From positions 1,612,146 to 1,676,000 of the forward strand of contig CM068769.1 of the NCBI GenBank assembly GCA_035084275.1: 63,855 nucleotides of DNA. Reading direction: 5' to 3'. Every line of letters starts with the position of its first letter. The first letter of the stretch is position 1. The notes under the pieces were generated by a model. That model did not search any database. It was not told the DNA's origin and saw nothing but the letters and a program-made list of their open reading frames with translations. This stretch comes from Hydrolagus colliei (taxonomy: Eukaryota). Both the position numbers and the translations under genes were made by a program. Below, one piece after another: positions 54,355-63,855 of the stretch.

Positions 54355-55675
54355 TCTTGGTCTCCAGCCTCTGTGGTTATGTCTGAGGCCTCAGCTGGAT
54401 GATATCGCACTATGCCTTGTCGACATTGGTAGAGCCCATCCACTCACGTCATCTCATTTCGTGTGTAAAGTGTGTGTCTCACACACTTTACACACGAACA
54501 ATGACCTAATGCTTTCACACAGCGCCAGCGCCTGGAGAGGCGAATCCTTCCACTCTGATCCAGATTACAATTCAAACCAAAGCCTCAACGTGAAGGCTGG
54601 CCATGTTAATAATATCATCACAATCCATCCAGTTCTGATAGCGCCTTTTCTTTTGTGGTCCAGACATCACAAAATGCAGTGGGGTCAGTTAACTCTATGA
54701 TGTGAGCGAATTGCCAGTCAATTGATGCACAGCAGTGTCTGGTGAACAATCATGGATCCAGCGTTGTCAACCAAATTGCCACATTATCGCCATTGTTTTT
54801 CTTGAAGGAATTACTTCATGTGTGTCGACCTAACGCTAGATAAACAAACTTCTGTAGGGGACGGAAACTTGCCCAACAATTTCCCCTTCTGGAAATCGAA
54901 CCCAGGATACTCAATTGCGGGTCAAGTGCTTTTTTAAGCTACTACTGGATAAGAGGTTTTGCTTTGCTTGTTTCCCTCATGGGATCATCGAGCTGATTGT
55001 TTGACTGTTAGATCATAGTTCAATGTGATGTTCACATCGTGTCTTTGTCTTCTATCCAACAGGAAAGCGCTGCTGACAACTTTGTAGAGATACAAATACC
55101 AATCCATTGGACACTATTCGTTTGCGTAGTAGTTTCTCACTGTTACCCAGGCTGTTGTGGTTGTACAGTATTGTACAGCGTTAAAGGAGCATTAGCATAT
55201 TGTCGACAACAGAATCGAATACATTTGTTTTACCGAAGTGAGATCCACCAAATGGCAGCTGCTGTTTGGGAGACAAAATGAGCAATAAAAAGGGACAGAT
55301 AAATTATTTTTTGAAAGCAATAGGTTAGTCCTGCTTGAGAAATAGTGGTACATTTGTGACTGGATCAGATTATGAGCAAGAATGGTGATTGCCAGAGCAT
55401 TGAACTGTTTCTTCAAGTCGTGGATCTACCTGTCCATGTAAGAAACAAGTGTGAATATTTTTGCATATTGTCCCAGTGAACTGATATGCCAAGCGACCAC
55501 CAAAGTATGTGCCTTGCTGTTAATACAGAGGCGTGTGTATTAACGAACGGCTATTTTGTTCTTCCATGGCTGAACCCAGGTGCTCTCACTTGCACAGCAA
55601 CTGCTGTAACAACTGAGATTTAGGCCTCAGTCTGTGAGTTTGTGTATGGCAGAAACGCTGATCTGTGCCTTTGTG

Positions 55676-56363
55676 GGGCTCAATGCACAATAATACACAG
55701 CAGAGTCTGGAAGTCTCACTTGGGATATAGTTAATGGCACGGTTCACTCCGCTTTATCCACCTTCGTTGAACAACGTTCTTCTGAGAATTCTGCATGACG
55801 ATGGTCTTTGCTGCTGGAGAGTATCTGAACGATATATCCTGGAATTTTGTTGGGATAGAGACGATACCATATCAGGTAAGGATAGCTGTCGCTTGTCGTG
55901 AAATTACGCTGCAGATGCACATCTTCGCCTTCGTCCATTGCCACAGTTGATTGGGGCTGTGTTACACTATCTCCTCCACTCTGGAAACCAGACACACTTG
56001 AACGTTCAGCAAAATAAAAACAATAATAAAATTTGAAAATGTGGATGTGGCATCTCACTTCTTCTAGACCACTCAAACTCGCGGTTCAATAAAAACACCA
56101 ATGAGTGTGGTGTAAGTAAACTCGCCTCACGAATCACCTTGTTTGACCCGTGAATGGAACCCACATAATCATGCTTGTGAGGCTAATACTCTAGCTTTTT
56201 ACGTACAGGACTCGACAAATCCATGAGTGATGACACGTATTGGTTACTTTGTACAGGAAAAGATGGGGCGGATAATATATCTTGTCAGCAACATTATATA
56301 ATTCGTGTGTGTCTTACCTGACAAGGTAATGAAGACTGATACCATGTATATGTACATTGCCAT
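55676..56363 (-). pseudogene. TCR V pseudogene 9
   Basis: Leader MAMYIYMVSVFITLS (56363-56318). In the V, C23 is replaced by Arg, there is an in-frame TGA (VDKAE*TVPL...DSAVYYCALS), and no in-frame AG acceptor exists. RSS CACAAAG-23-ACACAAACT at 55675-55637. Confidence 0.9.
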
Positions 56364-57289
56364 ATGTATTTAATGCCCGGAGTGATAAGAGAGTGATGGT
56401 GCTGTCGTTGGAAATGTTGGTCGGGAAGTAGTGAGACGCTGTGAGGAGGGCTGAACAGTAAATTACTTACGCAAGTTGCCATACACTGTGATGGAGCAGG
56501 TCTGCGGTTTACGTGTAACAAGGTTTTCTATGCCATTAAGCGTCAGTTGCTCTGCTCTGCCATCTCGCTCCTCCATTGTTTCTCCTCCAACCCTGACATG
56601 TCTTTGATCAACCAGGTGTCTGACACATGCACCAACTTACACCAATAATCCTGTTACAATTCGTCCAAACACATATATAGTATTAACGCAACTGTACTAC
56701 CTGCGGATTCCGATAGCTTAGTGGTATCAACGCTCACCTCACAAGGAACGTGTCTGGGTTAGATTCTTGCAGGGCGAATTCTTCGATAAGTTTCCTAACT
56801 CTACCCACACAATTCTGTTTGCACAGCAATCAGTAGCAGTTCGATTATTTCGCGATTGATCTGGTTGTGTTTCATTGTTAATAATCATTCATAAAATACG
56901 ATATTGAATACAACACTGTTTGTGTGACATTCCGTGCACAATTGGTTGCCTGGTTTCGCCTGCAAATCGCCGAGTCACAATATTTTACAATATAGTATGA
57001 AGCGATTAGTGATGTCTCAAATTCAGTGGAATACGCTAAGTGTATACACAGGGCTAGATAGTGAAGTAATCTGTGATGGTTTGACGTTCCCTGGGGCAGC
57101 TGGCAATTTGGTACAGAGGTGAAACAATCCTTTGAGTGTGAGTTCGGTGGTGGTGGGGGTTTCAAAGCCAACGGGGAGGAGCCATGTGGCGTCAGCATTT
57201 TCTCAGATGTCTCTGCCCCAGTTAGTTGAACTTTGCCTTCTTGCCCCGTTTCCGCTCCAAGCTTCTGGGTGTGGGCAATAAACGTATTT

Positions 57290-57620
57290 TTCTAGCATAA
57301 CTAGTGCGTGCAATATAAGTTCTGTGCATTTTAGTTCGCTGAATTCAGCTTCATATATTAACATCACCAATTGCAAACGGTGGCTCTGAAGCATTGGGAA
57401 AGCCATCCAGATGCTTGTGAGTATTCAGATCAAACTGTGTTCTGTATTTATGACCGTATTTGCTAAAGCAGCTTATTATGGAATAGCGTCTAAGTGTTTG
57501 ATTTGATGTAACGTAAAGTCTACCGATGGTGTATTTTGTACCAGAGAATTCCACATCACATCATCTTGCAAACATTAATGCATAGAAGGCCATCCACCAA
57601 TCGATTATCAACCAGAATCC
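57290..57620 (-). pseudogene. Highly decayed V relic (V11-like)
   Basis: The minus frame ILWYKIHHR*TLRYI aligns to V11 IFCYRQYPDGALQYV. There are many stops and the RSS is unrecognisable. Confidence 0.4.
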
Positions 57621-58338
57621 AACTTGCTTCTCGGCAGAGAAACCCCAATAATGCTAATCATTGCTTTTTATATAGTGCTTTTGACATTATATTAACGTCC
57701 CAAAGCGCTAATCAGTTTATACCGTTAAGTGAAATGAACACAGAAGTTACTGGGAAACGCAGTTGGTTAGGAACATCAATGGAGAAAGGAAAATGAGTCG
57801 AGCTTTTGGGTAAACGACCCTTCGGTTGAATTTTGCAGTTTTTTTTGTTTGTATACAGTAAAGTGAATTGACTGCATATTTGTGGGCGAAACCCGGCAGC
57901 TGATTGAACACAGAAGTGTCCCTCGAAGCGTCTTGGGTTGAAAATGACCAATATATATTACTATTGTGGTTTATTTGTCGGCCGGATTATTATTGGGCAA
58001 TTAGGACAAGGAAGTTTGCCCCAGGTTTCTCCCTGGTCAGCCTAGTCTCACGCTTGTAAGGTGAGTGTTCTAACCGCAGAGCTCAATGAGTAGTTGGAAC
58101 TAATCACGTCTTCCAGATGCTACTAAATCTCTGCTGATTGTACAGTGATGTGGAATGACTGTGTATGTTTCCTGCTGAATGTAGCAGCCACACTTGCACA
58201 GCAGTGTCCCACAAACAGTCATCGACTGAAGAGGAACACTTTTTAAAATCAATAATTATTCCGATGAAAGTGATCCGCCATTCGACGAAAAACTGTATTC
58301 CTACTTGATGCTATGTAAATATGTGTATGTGTTTGTAC

Positions 58339-58379
<41 letters not shown>

Positions 58380-58522
58380 GAGTAATGTAGCACGTCTATT
58401 ATGTCGCCATGTGTCGAATGAAACTCAGGTCGGCTTGTTTACGAGGCGAGTGATCAGAATGTTGAGCTACAGTAACGTCAGCATGTTTTTGTACAGGATC
58501 CTCTTAGACACGCAGCACTGTG

Positions 58523-58979
58523 CTCTCTGCTGCACAGAAGTACGTGGCGGTATCTGTCACTCGCGCGTCTCTCATTGTCAGTGTGCTGTTCTTCTCTTTT
58601 GTATCAGCCAAAGCACTTATCCTCTCCTCCACCTTGATCTCTCTGCTTCCCTTCACCAGCAAATGGATGGAGCCGTTGTTATACTGTTTGTACCATTGGA
58701 AGGCTTGGGTGAGCAGAGTCGTGTTGCAATCGATGGATACATTTTCGTTTTCATTCCCTCTCAGTACCTGAGGACTCTGTGACACTTCTCTTTCAGCCAC
58801 GACACCTGGGGAATTGACATGGACATTCTTGGAAACAAATTCGGAAAATATCTAGAACAAAACTTGTCTTTATTTTGGAGTAAAACAAGTATGTATTTAT
58901 CCAAACGTGCACTCAACTTACAGAAGAGCGAAATCATGAAATTAAAAGTAATATGTGTTGCTTGGTAACTTGGCTTCAT
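58523..58979 (-). CDS. TCR alpha-type V gene 10, intact. Leader 58979-58922, V exon 58805-58523.
   Basis: Leader MKPSYQATHITFNFMISLF + gtaagt, 116-bp intron, then VVAEREVSQSP...IDC...FQWYKQ...DTATYFCAAE. RSS CACAGTG-23-ACAAAAACA at 58522-58484. Confidence 0.92.
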
Positions 58980-60146
58980 TCTCAATCCTTGTCGTTTCAT
59001 GTCAGACTCTCGGGGTGAAAAGCAAGGAGACACCAGCTAACTGCTGATAAACGTTCATGAATGTTTGTCGAGTGCCGCTAACTGTGTAGTATATAAGTAT
59101 ACTCTCGGTGACGCCACGACTGACGTCTCATTTCCTGTATGTTTGCTTGTTTGACATTCATTCCCCAATCGACTACAAGCCGCGTTCTTTCAGTCCAGAA
59201 GATAGGAAGTGACTGCACTTTTCAATATAGTCTTGCAATCGCTTTGAATCAGTTGAATTACGTAATCTGTGGCTGCATCTCATGCAGCAACAGATTCAGC
59301 CACAAATATATACAGTAAATACACTTTACAGTGTAATCTATGAAGCGCTATGGGACGCTGATAATATGTGGAAAGCGCTATATCAAATGCAAGGATTATT
59401 ATATTATATATTATATAAGCAAACATAGCTATTACTGTTCGTAATATTAGTTTAGGATCTAATTGGAATGTATTATCGGAAGAACTGTCCATAGATGCAT
59501 TTATTTAGCGATAAAAGTTACTTCCATGCATTACTATGTCAAGTTATTGAACCATCTCATAGGTCTGCATAGATTTTACTCTCGAGGACAGAGACAGAAT
59601 ATTTGGCAAACTCAGCTTAGTTTGTGTAACACAAAGTCCCACGATCACATGTGAAGTGACCGTACAATTGTGCTGGAACAATGTCTGCCACGGCACCAGT
59701 AGAAACTCTGTTCATCCTGGAGCAAAGCCATGAAATCATTATTGCCTCTTATTTCAAGCCACGTGAAAATCCCTTTCATGTCTCCTTGGATTGACAGGTT
59801 CTCCGACACTGCAGCCACCGCCAGGAAAAGCGACCCGCTAACTGGCTAACAGACAGGTAACAATGTACTGCTGTAACCTCTGTAAACGTGTATTTGTATG
59901 CCGAGTATGGGACCATGCATAAGGATTTGGGACTCGGACAGGGAATCCAACTCAGGTCCGCTCGGTTGCAAGGTGAATACTCAATCCACTGACCTCCTGG
60001 AATCCTCAGACTCTGCACAACATCCCCTCTGTTGTACTCGTCTAATCACGTAAAATTACTGAAAGCGCCAAGTTCGATGTGTGATAGGAACTCATGAGTA
60101 TCTAGTGAGTTGTTGTACGAGCACTCTGCCCTTCTGTAACAGTGTG

Positions 60147-61063
60147 GTCTCCACGGCACAGAGATACACGGCTGTGTCACTCACAACCATCCTGAGAATC
60201 TGCAAGTTAATTAGTTTCTTCCCCTTGTTCACCTCGGCAGTGAAACGGTCAGCAATTCCAACAGCTTTATCTACCTTTCCCGAGGCATATATCCTGAGGA
60301 CATACTGAAGAGCTCCATCGGGATATTGCCTGTAGCAGAAGATAGTGTCTATTTTTGAAACGTTCATTCTTATTGTCACGTTTTGTCCTTCAAGTTCTGT
60401 TATCTCAGGGGAGGTTTGGTACATGACACCACTCCCATTGGCCACTGGAAAAACAATACATTTCTAATTAAAAATATGAGTTAAAATTCTCTTTACTATG
60501 TATATTATGGAGAGCTTGTACACGTCTAAAATGTCAATATGAAACGCAAGAGTTGCTGTTATTACTGTAACTTTGCTGGGGAACGGTAAACGATCACTAG
60601 TGTTTTGGTGCTGATAGATTTTCTGTCTGTGTTTGTAAATGTTAGAACTGCTTATAATTGCGAAGTTGTTCCATTCAACTTTTAACCTTGATTTTCTGTA
60701 GCTCGTGTAATAATTAATTAAAAGCTACTTCCAAATTAAAAATACACATGTCTTGGGGTTGTGTGTTTGCATTATCTCGTCTTGTCGCCGTCTCCAATCG
60801 CTTCAATGATGTGAAGCGAATTTAATGTATGTTCTGTTGGAGGAAACTTGGCATTCAACTGTGTGCAGCCGTATCCCAAAGTCATTCGTGGATTGATCGA
60901 TCAAACTAATATTATGTAAAAACTCTTTTTCGAAAGCGATTCATTGATTAACTAACAACAACGAAAACATTAAACCGATGTGCGCAGCATGCATTGGTCA
61001 TGTCCAAACATACTTACTGTTTCGAGTGAGAATTACTATCAGTAACTGGTAGTGGGCTGCCAT
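60147..61063 (-). CDS. Atypical TCR V gene 11 (open frame; C23 to Met, W41 to Cys). Leader 61063-61018, V exon 60444-60147.
   Basis: Leader MAAHYQLLIVILTRN + gtaag, then VTIRMNVSKIDTIFCYRQYP...DTAVYLCAVE. RSS CACACTG-23-ACAACAACT at 60146-60108. Confidence 0.85.
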
Positions 61064-61264
61064 GCTGGCTGCTCAGGTGTGGACAGGTAATAGAGTTTCT
61101 TCCTGTATAAATGGCTGCGTTGCTGCTTCAGTTTAATGTTGTGAGGCAGCAGTGGGTCTGACGTGTGAAGTGGGCTATTGTCTACATGTGTAGGCGTTGC
61201 CCACTAACTAGTGGATCTTGAACTTGATCCACCGCAACTTGGGACTTCCTCCCGACGTGCGACC

Positions 61265-61585
61265 TCTGCTGCACAGTGGTTAGAGCTCTCTGCTTACAAG
61301 CGTGAGACATGTGTCTGAATCTAGGCACATAAGGGCGAAACCTTGGGCAAGTCTCCTAACTCCACACACACACACCTAATAATATTCCATTCAAAAATAC
61401 ACAATAATAAAAATGGGTCTTTTCAAGCCACGGCTGTTTGTGAGGATGATGCTTGCTGTGTACAATTGTCTACTGTGGTTTGCCCACGAATACACAGTCA
61501 CTTGCTTGGCAGTATATTGTGTGAAACGCTTTGAGACGTCGAGAAAATGTGAAAAGCGCTAAATCAAATGTAAATATTATTAATT
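61265..61585 (+). mobile_element. Complete tRNA-headed SINE
   Basis: Head gcacagtggttagagctctctgcttacaagcgtgag, followed by core and tail. Confidence 0.8.
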
Positions 61586-62534
61586 TAAAATATGTAATGT
61601 TTTATTTTGCTGCTGTACCGGTGATTGGAAGCTGATGTATCTCGGAAAAGAATGGAGAGTGGTCTTGCAGTTAGCATACAAACAAACTGTTATAGATGAA
61701 CGCAACTCACAAGTGAGCCGACTTGTGTTTGATTCCCAGGCAGGGCGATACTTTTGGCAAATGTTCTTAATCTACACACGCAACTGCGTGTCTCTGACAA
61801 TGAGTCGGATCGTGTAAATTAGTATATTGGTGGAACGCGTTGATGTCGTCTTCAACCCTTCAAAGTTAATTAATAATAATAATAATAATGATTTTGTATT
61901 TCCTTCCCTGTCTGTTTTGGGGAACATGTTGCGTCCGCGGTGTTTCCCGCACAAAATATACAGTTACTAATTCATGCAGCAGATCGTGTGTTGTACTATC
62001 AATTGTCTGGGTGATGCGATAATACACTGTATCGAAATCACAAATTATAATTTTTTATAACTCACAAAAGAGTGTAATCTGTAAGCACTTTGAGATGTGT
62101 GGAAGATTTGAAACTGTATTCCCCTTTGTTGGAAATACATCTAAGCAAATAAGCTGTGAACTATGATTTCTAACGTGAGAAAAATAGGCCAGTATTAAAA
62201 GTGTTCCCAAATGAAACCAATAAAGAAAAACAGATTGCTGTTATCGAAATATAACACCTTGATTGAACCAATAAGATCCACGGAAGGGCGGATGCTTGTT
62301 TGTGAGAAGTACAACAAAAAATATGGATACATTGTTCATTAGTCAACCGAAGCCTTGCGTTAACCAGGCTTTAGACAAACATTTGTACATTTCAGCTGAG
62401 CCAGCTATAGTGTATAGCAGGGAAACAGTGTCAACTGTAACAGGAAGCACCTGCTGTGGCTGCCAAGCAAGTTGTTATAGAAAGCAACGTGGGAAGTTAT
62501 GTCAGTTGCTGCTGATGTTATAGGTGTGTTTGTA

Positions 62535-62548
62535 TCGCCATCTGTTGG
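62535..62548 (-). promoter_or_regulatory. Candidate CTCF-binding element
   Basis: The minus strand reads CCAACAGATGGCGA. Confidence 0.55.
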
Positions 62549-63381
62549 TTGATTGCAGCTAGAACACGTGTACTGCAGAGACAAATGATTGCAAATTGAT
62601 TTCGACCCACCATATCTTTCCTGTTCCTATCCTATCCTTTGGATACTTACACCTTATTCCCATTTCCCTGCTCGTTTCTCATATTGCCTATGCCTCAATG
62701 GGACATTCGACTCCAACCTCATTCACACTCTCGTATTGCGACTTGCCTCTGCTGGTACGTGGCACAGACTATTTAATTTTTTTCCTTGTACTTCTCTTGT
62801 ATTTGGTAATGTTACATTTCGTAACGTTGACATTAAGAATTTACATTGCTGAATCATAAGCTTGATATGGATATACATTTATATTACTTTTCTACAGCGA
62901 CTCCCACATTGATGGCTCAAGGTGCTGTATTCCCTAGAGGAAAAGTGAGAACTAATCTGGGTACTTGTTAACTATAACCGTCTCTTCTCACTGTCCCATA
63001 CAACAACAGTTATGGTGGTTGAAGGTGTGTTTGCTTAAGCGTTGATTTAGTTTGTTCTAACTGCACACCCAGAAATGTGTTCAGCTGTATTTTCGGCCGG
63101 ATAAGTCGAGTTTTCTAACTACTGAGCTACAGGAACTAATTATAATCGCATGAAAAGTGGGTTCTCACTTACAACAAGTTAATCAGAGACGTGTGGATTA
63201 AGGAAACTTGCCGAACTACAAACACTTGTAATTAGATAACGCCTTCTACGCATCTTAGAAAGATACTCCCTCAATAGGAATCGAACCCAGTTCCTACCGA
63301 GTTGAGTGGCGTTATGTGCCAATATGGCACATAACGCCACAAGGGTTTTTGTACGGGTGTCTCTGGGATGCCTTCGCTGTG

Positions 63382-63676
63382 GGCTTCAGTGCACAAACAT
63401 AGGCAGCGCTGTCGCTGAGCTGGAGGTTGTCGATCTTGAACTGGAAATGTTTCTTAGAGGAATCCATCAGGGCAGAGAAGCGTTCCTGACTGATATTCGT
63501 CCCGTAGGAATGCCTTTGGATGAGGAAAGCGGGCCCTTCACTGCGGCGCTGGCGGTAAAGCAGCACTGAGATGCTGTCACTAGTCGTGGAGACATTACAG
63601 CTGATAGTCAGTGAGGCGCCTTCGAAACGCCAGTCTGCTTTCGGGCTCTGCCTCACCGAATCTCCATCACTGATTC
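63382..63676 (-). CDS. TCR V gene 12 V exon (W41 to Leu; leader lies beyond the window)
   Basis: Acceptor tgtag, then GISDGDSVRQSP...TISCNV...VLLYRQ...DSAAYVCALK. RSS CACAGCG-22-ACAAAAACC at 63381-63344. Confidence 0.88.
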
Positions 63677-63855
63677 CTACAGGAAACAATTGTGCAATTC
63701 AGTGTTGAAACGATCAATACTAAGTTAGAAAACAAACTCTATTGTGGGCCACATTTCATAGAGTATATGTAGTTCCTGTAGCTCAGAGGTTGGAGCACTC
63801 GCGTTACAAACGTGAGACCTTTGTTCATATGCAGGCAGATCAGGAAGAGACTTTG

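Noticed and set aside
22271-63689. IgH-type V genes (TAILV or IgM/IgW V) in the array
   Set aside because: None of the V exons shows VH hallmarks (WVRQ-type FR2 with YYCAR). Apart from the NAR-like V, all look TCR-like. A phylogeny would settle this.

Overview
Vertebrate genomic DNA, almost certainly from a cartilaginous fish (inferred from a NAR-type V domain, a GPR139-like receptor and CR1/L2/SINE content). Positions 22.3-63.9 kb hold a minus-strand array of T-cell receptor alpha/delta V gene segments, most with a leader exon and a 22/23-bp-spacer recombination signal (RSS). About half look intact and the rest are pseudogenes or atypical. The key structure, invisible in the ORF track, is a complete NAR-TCR-type cassette at 26.7-30.9 kb: leader + IgNAR-like V lacking CDR2 (22-RSS), one D flanked by 12/12 RSS, a DGSG-type J (23-RSS), and an in-frame splice onto a leaderless supporting V-delta that has a CDR1 cysteine and its own 23-RSS. 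The cassette is interspersed among conventional V genes. Downstream of the V array lie a two-exon GPR139-like GPCR (GC-AG intron) whose TM7 is cut by an L2-type LINE, and a 5.9-kb (GA)n/(CA)n satellite with a 164-N gap. The rest is CR1 and L2 LINE copies and many tRNA-headed SINEs. All coordinates, splice sites and RSS spacers were counted by eye. No database search was run.
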